A stretch of DNA of 60,931 nucleotides, filler included, from Porpidia crustulata (taxonomy: Eukaryota): the NCBI GenBank assembly GCA_964255105.1. It is 6 parts of 6 records of this genome, joined end to end, with 100 filler letters (N's around TTAATTAATTAA, not from the genome) between each part and the next. Parts side by side here need not be neighbours in the genome. Positions count along the whole stretch, not along the records: positions 30,532 to 40,600 come from CAXUWE010000839.1; positions 40,701 to 50,769 come from CAXUWE010000840.1; 4 more parts are not named here. One strand, written 5' to 3'. Position 1 is the stretch's first letter. Each line of letters begins with the position of its first letter. The notes under the pieces were generated by a model. That model was not told where the DNA came from. It searched no databases and was given only the letters and a program-made list of their open reading frames with translations. Of this stretch, positions 37,457-50,869 are shown piece after piece. Both the position numbers and the translations under genes were made by a program.

Positions 37457-37514
37457 TACACACCCCTAGTTCGGCCACCATACTAGGGGTTAGTGGCCGA
37501 ACTAGGGGTGTGTA
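37457..37514. mobile_element. Minimal MITE-like palindrome (perfect 22-bp inverted repeats including terminal TA, 14-bp spacer)
   Basis: TACACACCCCTAGTTCGGCCAC (37457-37478) is the exact reverse complement of 37493-37514. TA at both ends suggests a Tc1/mariner-pogo TA target duplication. Confidence 0.65.
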
Positions 37515-37755
37515 CTACCTTAGTAATATAGCCGCGCTTGCCGCCCTGTCTTTTTCATCAGATTGTCAGCTTGCCGAACTTTCATTACAGCCGCAGCCCA
37601 ATGATGACTGCAAGCTGTTTTCTACTACGAGTAGAACCGGAAAGTAGAGGCAAATGGCCTGATTGTGGAAATGACGCATATATTTCGGTCGAAAGCAATA
37701 TGGCATCTGTCGACTCCTGACGATTCGAGCATTGTATTCTTGACGGCAACAGGTC

Positions 37756-40600
37756 ATGGAGTACAATGAGTCAGATGGTGAAGGAGGTTCGAATGACACC
37801 AAAGCTATCATTGTGAAGGCGGATGAAGTAGATGAGTCTGGCGCCGATATCTCCACCATATCCCCCACCGACGCCACCGAGTCTGAATTCAGTGAACGTA
37901 TTGAGTCAAGGAGAGCTCAGGATGCCCAGGCAGGAGGGAGTCCGAAGTTGCTGGCAAATGCTGTAGCAAGTCCTCCACGACCTCTCACCCGCCCTACTCT
38001 TCGACGTGATGTATCTGCCCCACTTCCACCCCAGCAGCCACCTCCACCAGCACCGCCTCAGCAGCGTGACGAGGCAGGGAACCCGACGGATTCTTTGAGC
38101 TTGCAACAGCTCAGAAGGCTGGTGACCGATCTTCCGAAGCTTGAGCCAACCGCGTATGCTTATGAATACTCGGATACGAGGGGATTTCCTGAAGAGTTAG
38201 AGGAATGGTTTCAATATACGGAGGAAGAGCGATACATGTTATTACGGTCCAAGCAGACATTCGAAGATAAGTGGGAACAGGCTCAGGCCACACGCATTGC
38301 TCCATCTGAGAAAGCTCTACAATGGACTGATGTCGAGATGGAGGACAGGGAGAATTTCCTAGTTGGCGCCCTTGAAGCGTTGACCAGCTCAGATCTTTCA
38401 ACGCGAATCAAAAGTCTAGAATGTATATCGTATGTTTTGCTCGGTGTATGGGGAGATACTGCTGGAATAGAAGTCGAAGATGATGACTCTAAGAAAGACG
38501 TGTTCAATATAAAAGACAGTACTCGATATAGCAAATCTAGGTCTCAGTTGAGATGGATGGTGCATGGAGCGGAGCTTCTTTGTAGAGTTAGCGCTTTACA
38601 AAAGCTATTTGATGTTTTAGTGAGATTATGCGATGATGAGAAGTCAGTTTTTCTGCCCCTTCCTGACCATGTGTGACTCTTCATTGGCATGAATATTGGA
38701 TTGACTCGAGACCTAGAGACCAGGAAACATCCAATGACCCTTCTTCAATAAAAGATGAAGAAATGGCCACTACAGCATTCCTCGAGCAGATCCAACTTAA
38801 TCAAGCACTCACTGCACTTTACTGCATCATTGAAGTTGGAAGATGGCAGATTTCCACGACTAAAAAGTCTTCTATACGACAGGCCATATGTATGCTAGAA
38901 GCCCCCGATATACATACTTTTACTAATATGCAAATATCTTAGCCGATCTCGAGCCAGATTTTCCGGCCTTTCTGACTCTGATAATTGCAAAGCTAAGATG
39001 GGAAGAATCGTCTACACTGCCGGTCTCAAGAGTAAGCGCAGCGCTGGTCGTAATACTCAATGATTCTGCTGACAAAGTTATTCAGTTTCTTCTTTTATTC
39101 TGGAAAACCATTCTATTATTATTTGGTAGTTCACAGGAATTGGAGGAATCCAAAGCTGTGCTCCGCGAGCCTTCTGATGTAGCTGAAAACGAGCGTGGGG
39201 AAGGTTTCATTACTGCATCACCACTCGATTACCATTTATTTCGACAAGAGATCACTTCAAAATATCCTGCTTATAGCCCTCCTCCGCCACTAGTCCCTAT
39301 CGAACTCGAGAATAATTCCATTTTACCTCCCCTCCCTAATCATCCCAGTCGTCGTGTCAGTCAAGAAAGCTTGCAGCTCAGGGCAGGTACAAATATCAAC
39401 GGTACTACGGGATCAATATTTAATCAGCCGGTACATATCGCGACGCCTGCACCTTCTCCACCGCCATCACCAGCGGGGCCAGGTGGCAAAGGTGGGAAAA
39501 AGCAAAACTACCAGACGAACCAAAATTTCCCCTTCTTATATCCCCCACTAGACGAGACGACCAACATTGTTGGCGGCAGAGGTAGCGCAACATTGCAAGA
39601 TCAATTAGTTGAGAAAAGATGGGATGGGAACGACGTCCCGGCCTCCATTCAGGAAGCAGGGCAGCTTTTTGCCAGTAGGATGCGAATGTCAAGATCGATA
39701 AGACAGCTGTGGGATGTCCGGGAAAAGTTCATTACATACGAGAGAGGATGGAACGAGGCTAGTGGGGACTACAAGATACAAGACATTGAAGAAGCAGACC
39801 ACGACGTGGGAGAGGAAGAATCGCACATCAGAGTCAAGCAAGATATCCCAGAACCAGAGACTGAGAAGGAAATAGAAAACAAAGCTGTGCAGAGACAATT
39901 AGACATGGTGGAGAGATTTTACGCATGTCTTGTAATCCTACAAGTAGATTCAAGCTGACTCTCGAACAGCGAAGTTCTCTTCCTCATCTCCAATCGGTTG
40001 TTATTGTTCTCTGGAAAGCGGTATTCACCAACGTTTCTTCGCTCGTGGCCCAGGGTAACGGACAGAACAGCGCTCTCAATAACATGTCCTTTTCAGAAGA
40101 TGGCGGCGAGGCAGCCCAAGGGAAACGAAAAGCCAATGGAGCTTCGGCGACCCATTTAAACAATCTGACAAATGGCCAAATTGCGGATAACGAAGACGGG
40201 ACTGATCCGGCGGTTGAAGAACTCAACACTGTTCGTTCGAGAGAAATAACATCAAAGGCCATCTCTGGCGTCCTCCTAGTGTTACTGAAATGGTTCAAAC
40301 TGTCTCGTAAGTCAGGGTAACTGTAAGTAGCTGTCAGATCAAGTCCCTGATTGAACTTCTAGATATACTCAAATTCGAATATTTGGCTCAATTGCTCCTC
40401 GACACCAACTACCTCCCGTTGATCCTCAAACTTCTTGCTCACCAAGACATCGACAGAGCAGTCTATCAAAGAAACGACCGTGAGGACCTTGAGTGAGCAC
40501 ATTAATTTCCCTCATCCTTAAACCATTGTCTAATAGACCTTTAGCTTCTTCAACTTCTGCCACTCCAACTCCTCCCATCCCCCACTTAGCCCCCCACAGC
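37756..40600 (+). CDS. FAR11: STRIPAK subunit Far11/STRIP (HAM-2/PRO22 orthologue), multi-exon, 3'-truncated
   Basis: PTDSLSLQQLRRLV, ELEEWFQY, ITASPLDYHLFRQEITSKYPAY, KKQNYQTNQNFPFLYPP, VPASIQEAG, REITSKAISG..LLKWFKLS|ILKFEYLAQLLLD. Confidence 0.92.
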
Positions 40601-40700
40601 NNNNNNNNNNNNNNNNNNNNNNNNNNNNNNNNNNNNNNNNNNNNTTAATTAATTAANNNNNNNNNNNNNNNNNNNNNNNNNNNNNNNNNNNNNNNNNNNN
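40601..40700. other. Artificial contig-joining linker
   Basis: N44-TTAATTAATTAA-N44. Confidence 0.99.
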
Positions 40701-41009
40701 GATATATACTTTATTCCAATCCGCCGATCTAACTCCATCTCTCTCTATGCCGAGAAAATCCCAAAACTTTTTACATCGAAATAATTCCATCACACGCCAC
40801 GAATCCCCAACATCACATCCAAACGCTCAAGTCTTCCGAGCTACCCTACATACCTGATCCATAACCTTCGTACAGAGAATAGTCCTTATAGATGCAACTA
40901 AGACCACAGCAAAGACCGAATTAATGCATATCCCGCCCGCGCCTTCGCTATGCCAACTCAAATGATAATATTACAAATAAATATACAAAACCGGACTCCA
41001 AAAATGCCG

Positions 41010-44000
41010 CTACGCAGTGGTCAACGTGATAGGTGGAGGCTGACGACGCAGCTCCTGCGATGCCGATCTGACTTTCTCCATTTTCAACTGCTGTGGATTT
41101 TCCTCGTCAGCGGTCGGTGGGGTGGCATTTGCGCCCGACTTCCTCCGCAGCACCTTAGCGACCGCGCGTTGGCAGAACCGTTTAGCAGGAGAAAACACGG
41201 AGCTCCGGACGGACTTCCAGGTCTTGGAGATGGGCTTGAAAAGCACAGTCAGGACCTTTAGCAGCGGTCGAGCGAGAGCGAGCCAGATTCTGCCAACGAT
41301 GCCGAATACTACCGCAGCGTATTTGTCCGGTATGCATCGAAGTAGCACTGCCCAAAGGAGACAGGGCAGCGCGCATAGGATGCAGATGGCCCATTGAGGC
41401 GCGTCAAGTCGTGTGACTTGAAAGGCCTTGCCGCCGACAAAGACGATCATAATCTGTCCGCCGATCATGATGGCGTTGATACCGATGAACCAGTAATTCT
41501 TCAGGACCCCTTCGAATATGTTGAGTTTGTTATCGAGACGGCGGTTGCTGAATTCGTTGAAGATTTGCATCCAAACAAACGTATTGAAGACCATGGTGTC
41601 GAGTTCTAAGCCAAGAGCACCACCGTTGGCGTTGATGTCGTAGCCTAGGATCGAGGCACCGGCGAAATAAAGGACAAAGGTAACGACAAGTTGGTAAATG
41701 GCTTGACCGATAATCATCTTCCACATATTGGTAGTGATAAGAGCCGCACGCTTTGGCGTTGGTTTGCGGTTGAGGATCTTTTCAGTCGGAGCGTCAGTGG
41801 CCAGTGCCAAAGCAGCGAATGTGTCCATGATCAGGTTGACCCACAGGAGCTGAACAGCCGAGAGAACAGAGTGAGACTCGGGCGACGATACGGCAGAGAT
41901 GAAGGCAAGTACGACGGCAGTGATGTTGACGGTTATCTGGAACTGAAGGAATTTTGCCACTGCGTCATTGACTGATCGACCCCACATTATAGCTTTGACG
42001 ATACTGGAGAAATTGTCGTCCATGAGAATAATGGCGCTAGCTTCCTTCGCAACCTCTGTGCCGGCGATTCCCATCGAAAATCCTACGTCTGCCATCTTCA
42101 ATGCTGGGCCATCGTTTGTCCCGTCTCCAGTGACGGCTACTGTTTCACCGAGATGCTTGAGTCTAGAGACCAGAATTCGTTTGTCCTCCGGCGAAGACCG
42201 GGCGAGAACCTGGAGATCAGGCAAGATTGCATCCATGTCATGTTCAGACAATTGACGAAACTTTGGCCCCTCCAAAACGACGCCACCTTGTTTGAGGATA
42301 CCACACTCTGTGGCGATAGCTCTAGCAGTGGTCACATTATCTCCTGTAACCATTCTGACTATCACTCCGGCGTCTTGGCACTGCTTCACCGCCTGCGATA
42401 CACCTTGTCGTAAGGGATCCTGGATACCAACGATTGCTAGCAAAGTCATGTCCTCGAAGATGTCCTCAAAGTCAACCGTCGTGTTGTCTTCTTCCAAAAA
42501 ATGGGCTTCATGTGGAGGCCACTGCGGGAAATCTCTGTAAACCATTGCGATTGTTCGTAATGACGTGCTGGCAAAGCCGTTGATATCAGCAGCTAGCTTA
42601 GTCCGAGAAGATTCAGAAAGCTCTTGAATTTCTAAACTGTCGTTCGACACATCGATCAGATCCGTCGTTGCTCGTGCAAGTAGTATTTCCGCAGCACCCT
42701 TGACAAGCAAGCGGTAGTTACCGGAAGCAAGACGTATCACGACACCCATACACTTGCGACTGGAGTCGAAAGGTACAAGTTGAACAACTTCCGCTCCGGC
42801 TCGTTCCTCGGCCACTGGTCCCATTCCTAGGTAACCTTTTGCCATGGCCAGAATAGCAGTCTCTGTCTTAGACCCAATGAACGTGGATTCTCCGTCAACC
42901 TCTCCTTCAAAAGCCGTCGAGTTGATGGCACAAGACTGAAGTAAAAGATTCCTAGCACTTGGCGACAGCAGACCGAAGGCGGTAGAGAAGGACGAAACAT
43001 TGTCCCCGTTGTTGAGATCAGTGTCTCTGGTGAAGGCTTTGTTTGCACCTAGTATACCAGCCACGACCGTCATTCTATTCTGTGTCAAAGTACCTGTCTT
43101 GTCTGAACATATGGTCGTAGCATTCCCCATGGTCTCGCAAGCTCGAAGATGTCGAACGAGGTTGTTTTCATTGAGCATCTTCTTCGTAGCGAACGACAGG
43201 GCAAGAGTGACAGCGACAGGAAGACCCTCCGGAACAGCCACAACGATGATGGTGATGGCAACGATGAGAATATTCAAGAACGCTGACCCTTTCATGGCTG
43301 GAGTATCGGTGTCTCCCCGAAGTCCAACGAGGAATCGTATCAGCAGGATGAAGAAAAGGAGGGTAGCTGCCGCCGTGCCGAGGTAACCGATCCAATTAGC
43401 CATACCGGCAAGCTTCACTTGCAGTGGTGTGTCCTCATTTTCGGTTTGCAAAGACATCATAATTTTGCCAAAACTGCTATTAACGCCGACGGAAGTCACG
43501 AGGTACGTCCCCACGCCCTCAAGAACTTTGCTCCCGGAAATGATGAAAGGATCCAATTTTGAAGTTGCCGTCCCATTTTCCATATGCGTCCAAACTTCCT
43601 GGCCTCCAGTCTTCCTTATGGCGTCTGATTCTCCCGTAGCTGAAGATTCATCGCACCTGAGACCGTGACCGCTAATGAGAATTCCATCGGCGGGGATAGA
43701 ATCACCAGATTCCAGGTGGAGAATATCTCCGACCATCACATCAAAGACTGATATCATCACCGACTTGCCAGAGCGGATTGCCTTGACCTGACGATCATCC
43801 TTTTTGGCATTGAGCGCGGTAAATTGCTTCTCCCTCCTGTAATCATTAAGGCCAGTAACAAGAACCACAATAACGACCGCCACCATTATAGCCAGGCCTT
43901 CGACCCAGTCCACTGGCTGGGGCTCATCTGGTTTCCTCTTCTGGCCGACAGCTTCGTAAACTCCCAACGCAAGTGAAATGAATGCGGCCCCTGTGAGTAT

Positions 44001-44766
44001 TAAGAGTATTCTATCATTGAAGGCGTTCCAGAACAGCCTCCATATGCTGACGGTTTTCTTCGCGGGTAATCTATTATCCTTGAATATTCGCCGTCGGTCG
44101 TGATATTGTCGTGATACCTGATGGTTCACAATAGTGCCATCTTGGCCTAGTATCGATCTAACATCTTCTTTTTTCTTTGTATACGCGGACTTCGTCGCTT
44201 CCTCGAAACTTACTTGCCCAGAAATCGAAGTTTCGTCCACGCTCAATCCGGCGATAATATCCGTGTGCAACCCCGTTCCAAGACCTCTGATACCTCCCAA
44301 AGCTCTGAATGCCGCCAACGACTTGGGATTAAGTGTCTTGTTGAGCTGGCCTGGTGAAAAGGCGAAGGGACTATCGACCACCTCGAAGTCCTTCTCATTG
44401 TTCTGATCCGGTCGCAGCGCCTCCTCTGGGGATAAATCGTCGCCTTCGAATCTTGAGCGTAAGGTCTTGACATCGGAATTTGCTCTGGATCTTGCGGTGT
44501 CGGCTGTTGAATTTAAAGAGCTGGCCCTCGAACGCAATGTGTCGCCGCCTAAGGAATGCGCGGTTGGAGAGGAAGGGACTTGAAGCGTCAGCTGTGCGTG
44601 GTCGAGTGAAGGTCTCGCGACGGTAGAATCTGGCTCGAAGGATACAGCAGATGATGAGTCTTGCTGATACGACTGCAACATATTAGTACAAACACCAATC
44701 TAATTGTAGAGAACTGACGTTAGAAACCGAGAGTAGTGGAGGAACCAATAGGTTATTAGTAGGCAT
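41010..44766 (-). CDS. PMC1: P2B-type (PMCA/Pmc1) Ca2+-transporting ATPase; exons 44766-44719 and 44672-41010
   Basis: DESSATGESD, VAVPEGLP, DKTGT phosphorylation site, KGAAE, MVTGDN, TGDGTNDGPAL, QFQITVN and LWVNLIMDTFAALALAT. Confidence 0.95.
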
Positions 44767-44993
44767 ATCAGAATTAAAAAGAAATAAGGGCGAATTGGAA
44801 CACTGAATCAAAAGTTGTCTCGTCGAGAATGATAGTTATACTCGTAGCGAGCAAGTGTGAGGGAGCAAAGGTGAGGTTGATATGCAATTAGTCTAAGCGC
44901 CTTATTCTCAATGCCCCATTACTGTAACACGGAAGGGGGGGCGGTTGAGGAGAGGATCAAGGTTATCAAGGTTGAAGGTAAGGCGATTGCATG

Positions 44994-45831
44994 CACAGCC
45001 TCCTTGTGGTGATCTCTCGCCTGCCGAACTTTGTGAGATTTAACGCATGCCAAGCATGCCAAGGTGTCTTGGCCTGACGGAAGGCCTCGATCGGATTCAT
45101 AGCTCCCAGTACGTGATGTTATTGGTAGTATCACAGCGGGCTTGACAGCTGCAGATGTATTCCCAGTAGTCCCTAACCGCTGGGCTTCCGTCAGTCTCAG
45201 CAGTCTGTGGTTGTTTCCATTGGGAGTATTGCGCTGTGGGTGAGTGGGCGCGAAGAGTGCAGCAGGCCCGAGACGCCAGGGGAGTCCAAACGTTGCGCGA
45301 GCCAATTAAAACGAATGATTCTTCGGGGAGCGGAGATCCGATTCATCCGTCTTTGCCCCATACTGAGTCTAACTTCTTAACACCCCGGTGTCCTCATCAG
45401 ATAAGGGTACTGACAACGAAATAAGGATGACTTGCGTCCACACAAGTCGCAAAGAGATCCCCACTGCCCGAACATGAACCACCATGACGACTACCTAAGC
45501 CTGCTAAGCCAACACATTCCAAGACTCTCCAAGACTCACTAAGACTTGCCAAGGAAGTGTTGCGTAACCAGCGGTAATAAGGCAATCCTGTCCATCCGGA
45601 CGACTTCACTTCCGCCTTTGTTCGACTCCGTCATGATGATGACGAGAGACGTGGCCTCTAAGCCACCCACAGTCCGAAACAATCTGTAGAGTTAGGAATG
45701 ACTTTTCACTCCCTCCAAATGTCGAGCCATCCAGCGGATATCATGATGGTCTGGAGTCAGCCAGAAGGGAACGTGAGGATCTGATTGTGAAAGCCGCATA
45801 CAGCCACTTCACCGCCACAGCCGCCACAGCC
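44994..45831. promoter_or_regulatory. Cluster of Crz1/CrzA-type calcineurin-response elements upstream of PMC1
   Basis: CACAGCCTC at 44994 (reverse GAGGCTGTG); TACAGCCAC at 45799; CACAGCC at 45816 and 45825. Confidence 0.55.
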
Positions 45832-48334
45832 AATCCCCTAGCACGCTTGGGTACCTCGGCACGCTAGTTAATCTGCTAGTGAGCTAAGTTATGCAATCAA
45901 GCCTCGTGCATAATTCAAGCCCGGCACGCTGTTCCTCCACACCTCCATAGTGTGCCCCGGCTGTGTGCATAAACCGACATGTGCGCTGCTTGTACGAAGT
46001 GTACCTTACCTCAAGCAACGGAATAACAGGTAGGCTGATATTTGCGCATTCAATCTTCTACACCTCTCACCTTACCTTGGCGAGGTCAGTACTCTGTGCT
46101 TAAGGGAAAGAAGCCCCATCAATGTCTGCGCCCTCGTCTTCGCTTTCTCCAACCCTGGCAATTACTGTTTAAGGCAATGCCGGTAGCTCTTACTAGGCTG
46201 CGAGGCTGCTTCTTTTGCTTGGAACTTTTCTTTGAGGGTGGGCTGATTTGAGAACCCTATAAGTAAAGAACTATCGTAAGTATCAAGGTCGGCGACAGGC
46301 TGACTACATAGCTAAATCGCTTTAGCTAGTCATGCTAGCGAACGAGTGATTGCGAGATACTTCGAGCGATCTACAACGTAATCATTCTTTGCCAAGAGCC
46401 ATCGTCTACTTTCCTGTATTCGATGCCCAGTGCTGGCAGGGCCTTGGCTACATAAATTGAAGACAGGTGGGCTCATAGAGAAACTTTATCTGCGAAGGAA
46501 TTTGATGCCAAGCAAGATGAGGTGCTCAATGCGCACATAATACAGGAGCCGACAGCGCCATTAACAAATTGCTGACCTACTGAAAGAACCCTAGCTTCTC
46601 TGTCACTTACAGTCTCATAACACTCAGTCTCGACTTCGTTGCCTAGTAACGATAAGTGGACTGCCTTACCAACAGTCAGCATGGAGGGCGGTTCTAAAAC
46701 TCCAGCAATTTGATGGAACGGCCAACACTGAGATATTGGCGTCGAACATCGATTTTTGCGGCGGTTTTGTCACTAAGCCATGAACGAGTTTTTAACGCAA
46801 AGCCTGATGAAGCTTTGCAGCGATGGAACGAAGCCACGATGCCTCGAGAGCGAGAATGATAGTCTGAGAATGTTCTTCACTTAAAAAAAAATTTCAGCCT
46901 TTAGTCTTCTGCGCCTTCTAGGTTTTTGCGGCTTCAATTATGTCTTCCATTTCAAGCCCTGCTCTATCCTGAACGTACGTATTGTCGGAAATTTAATTCC
47001 AGATGTCCCCACCATGGTCAGCTTCTTTCTTCGCATCGCCGCAAGTCAAAGACCGCCATTGCTACGGGACCAGATAGACGTCCGCCGATGGACCCATTTG
47101 TGTTCTTGCGGATCCTTGTCCGTATAAACTAAATTTACTAGCTTGCAGCGCCTACTCTACTAATCGGAAATTCTACCTTCAGGACATTGACGCGTATCAC
47201 AACAGCGCTCGAAGAGTATGGAGTATTGTAAATGATAAGGAGCAGAACAATTATCCAATGAAACTGGGCACAGTCGTGAATCAGGTTTGCTCCTGTTGCA
47301 AACTGGTATTTTCACACTGCACTTCACCTCGCCGTGAAGATGATTTGTTGTAAAGCGGGATTCCCTCAAGCCTACATAGATAAGCCAGGCTTCCAACTGC
47401 AACCAGCTGTTATTTAATATTCTTCAAGTATGCCAGTCCTTCACACAGCTGAGCGGTGACCAATTCGTGCACTGGACAGCAGACAGCTGTTTAGGTGCTC
47501 CTCGAGAACTAGTCCTGACTACGCCTACAGTAGCACTCTATCGTCAAGACAACCCTAGAATTCTTCTGGTGATATCTCTCGAAGAAGATGCAAACCCTAC
47601 AGCTGCAGAATTCAGGTTGAAACTACTGTTCAGCGACGCTTCTCCGGAAATTGAAGAAATCCCCCCTCACCTCAGGCTTGAATAATTATGTCTGAGTGTT
47701 TCAATTCTATTGCTTAATTCTGTCTCCACGAGCGTCTGGCTTCGCCTACGGGATATATCTGCCCATAAGCTCGTAGGAATAATCAAGGATAAAAGTCCCA
47801 TGCGAGAAGAAAGCGTGCGATAGGCTAGTGAAGAAGGAGACGGAGAAGATTATTGGAATTGGTTGGCCTGTCCTGGAAGCATCTGTGGAAATGATGCTGT
47901 CTCCGGATCTTCATTGCGATAAAGAGAAATCCTAGGGAAGACTTAGTAAGGGAATGTTATTGTGGCGGTACGGAGGAATATGTAGGAATGATTATATATC
48001 AAAAAGCTTGATACTGCAATCAAGGCTGGTCTTATGCACATAACAAGGTCAGTGGTGGAAGCAGATAAGCTTAGATAGCGTCGCACAATGCTGACAAGAC
48101 ATAAACATATCCTGAATGAATCAGATGTTTTTAAGTATTCAACTTTCCAAGGATACGTTACGTGACTCAATCGACCACTGCGTAGGAAATCTGGCTGGGT
48201 GAAAGGGATTACTCTGTCATTTCCCCAAGCCGAAATATCCGCCATCAAATCTCACTATGAGGATCTAAGAAGAAGCCCAAGGGTTGAACGTGAGTAGGAG
48301 CATCTGTCGCGTAAAGATATCCGGGTGGTGCACG

Positions 48335-49784
48335 ATGACTTTAAAAGAAATCTTTGATGACGAGATGTCGCTGGAAGATCATGCCAAGGACCGCCCGCCG
48401 CTGCGGACGCGGCAATTGTCAACCATCGACAATGCAATTCTCTCTCCAGGCACAGTCAAGATCAATGTCAAAGGTGCTTTTATAGTCGAAGACGAGCCAA
48501 TTGGCGCTGGGATATCGTTGGAAGACGGGGCTCAACATGATACAGACATCCGCTTACCCAACCACAGTGCGGTGGTCAGCCATGTTGCTCTTGACGTAAT
48601 ACTCCTCTCTTAGTATTGAGAAAGATAAGCGTTGACATTGACGCCATATCCATGATAGATTGGTGGCTCCCTAGCAAAGCTTGTCTACTTCTCCCGCGAA
48701 CCGGATTCGAAAGAGCTGGGCGGGAGGTTGAATTTCGTCAAGTTCGAGACCGACAGGATTGAGCAATGTTTACAATTTGTGCAGCAGCTCCGATCAAAAC
48801 AGCAGCCGCTGTTTGAATCGAACACAGGTGACCTATGCGTCGTCGCAACCGGCGGAGGCGCATACAAGTACTACGACGAGATGAAGAAGGTCCTTGGAGT
48901 GGAGGTATTTCGCGAAGATGAGATGGAGTGCCTGATCATCGGTCGGTAGCCACCAGGCCGTGTAGAGAAGCACTCACGTAGTCGCTGATCGCGATACGCT
49001 CGTGCACACAGGCCTCGACTTCTTCATCACCGAGATCCCCTGCGAAGTTTTCACCTACAGCGAAACAGACCCAATGCATTTTGCCGATATCCACGCGGAC
49101 ATCTACCCCTACCTCCTCGTGAATATCGGATCTGGTGTCTCGATGATCAAAGTCTATGGTCCTCAACGCTACGAACGGGTCGGCGGCACCTCCATCGGCG
49201 GTGGCACTCTCTGGGGCCTCCTCTCGCTCCTGACCGGCGCCACCACCTTCGCCGAAATGCTCGGCATGGCCGAAAAAGGCGACAACGCTGCCGTTGACAT
49301 GCTGGTTGGCGACATCTACGGCACCGACTACGGCAAGGTCGGCCTGAAGAGCAGCACCATCGCCAGCAGCTTCGGCAAGGTCTTCAAGATGAAACGCCAG
49401 GCCGAAGGCGACGCCGAGCACTTTGGCGGCCTATCCAACAAGGACCGGGAGCAAGTCGACGATGGCGGCGGCGGCGGGCAGGGCTCGGCGCCCGCGTTCA
49501 AGCCCGAGGACATCAGCCGCAGCTTGCTTTACGCCGTCAGCAACAACATCGGGCAGATTGCATACCTGCAGTGCGAGAAGCACCGGCTCGAGCGGATCTA
49601 CTTTGGTGGATCGTTTATCCGCGGCCACCGGCAGACCATCGCCACGCTTTCGTACGCTATCAAGTTCTGGTCCTATGGGGGAAAGAAGGCTTTTTTCCTC
49701 CGCCACGAGGGATATTTGGGTTCCGTTGGGGCCTTTCTCAAGCGGCAGCCTAAGAATTGGGGACGCCGGAACAGCTTCGAATGA
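48335..49784 (+). CDS. CAB1: Type II pantothenate kinase, 2 introns
   Basis: SHVALD|IGGSLAKLVYF, ATGGGAYKY, EDEMECLIIG, YPYLLVNIGSGVS, GGTSIGGGT, SNNIGQIA, YFGGSFIR and FLRHEGYLG. Confidence 0.95.
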
Positions 49785-50769
49785 GAGCATGCGAAGGAAG
49801 GCTAGTGCTTTGCAGGACTATGGATCTTTGATATTGCATATTTCTGACATTGATAAATATTCTTACCACTTCTCACGAGTCACGAGTCACATACTAGACA
49901 AAGTCCAAGAACATTATCCGAACCCCATGGAACCGCTACAGTCGTCTTGACCATTCCGATCACGTTACATTCTCATCTTCCGCTCAACGTCCAAGAATCA
50001 AAATCCTATGTTATTGGATTGATAAGTTAGAGCTCCTTTACAACCCCCGCTATTGTATTTTACTCTCTAAGTCGTGTTTTGCCGCATCGCTACCTCCTCC
50101 ATCTCTGCATCGTCTAATTTGAGACATCCGTCTCCTCCATCGAGAACATTGACGCACCCCCGTCCTTATCCATTCCACCTCGCCTCCCCCCGCCTCTTAC
50201 AAATCCCACCAATCACCGGCCTCAGCTCACTCTTCCTCTCCTTGAACAGGATACCACGCAAACTACCTCGACTTCCTCACCAAATTCACCTCTTCGTATG
50301 CCTTGACTACAGATTCACACTCATGATAACAACGTCCCCCTTTGCCACTTCGCCACGGTTGGAAATCCTCGGCCAGGTTTCTAGTTTGGGGCTCTCGAGT
50401 TTGAGACACGTCCAGCCCGCTGCATCTACCTCGACACTTGGACTCTCTGTCGCAATGTTCTTCCGCTACTGTTCCTTTCAATGATTACAAGTAAACACGT
50501 TTTGTATCTACTTGAGACTGTGTCCAGAAGTTCCGAGTCGTCCTAAACGAGATGTTCGAGTAAGATAAATATCTGGTTATGCCGCTTCCTCTGTTCTGGT
50601 ACATTGACGCCTGGCGCTTATTGCGTTAGGAGTATTCCCGGGCCCGTGCACGTTCCGGTCCCGTGCACACCCTAAACCCGATTTGTAACCCATACTATTT
50701 TTATTATTATTCAACCATTATTCATAGAATCAAATTGCAATTAATATAGAGAGTTGTCGATATCTATAT

Positions 50770-50869
50770 NNNNNNNNNNNNNNNNNNNNNNNNNNNNNNN
50801 NNNNNNNNNNNNNTTAATTAATTAANNNNNNNNNNNNNNNNNNNNNNNNNNNNNNNNNNNNNNNNNNNN
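50770..50869. other. Artificial contig-joining linker
   Basis: N44-TTAATTAATTAA-N44. Confidence 0.99.

Noticed and set aside
46800..46870. TGATGA...CTGA as a C/D box snoRNA
   Set aside because: No terminal stem or recognisable rRNA-complementary guide; the motifs are short enough to be chance.
50630..50769. CCCGTGCAC direct repeats followed by AT-rich DNA as a transposon end
   Set aside because: Plausible RIP-affected TE terminus, but only one end is visible and no family is recognisable.
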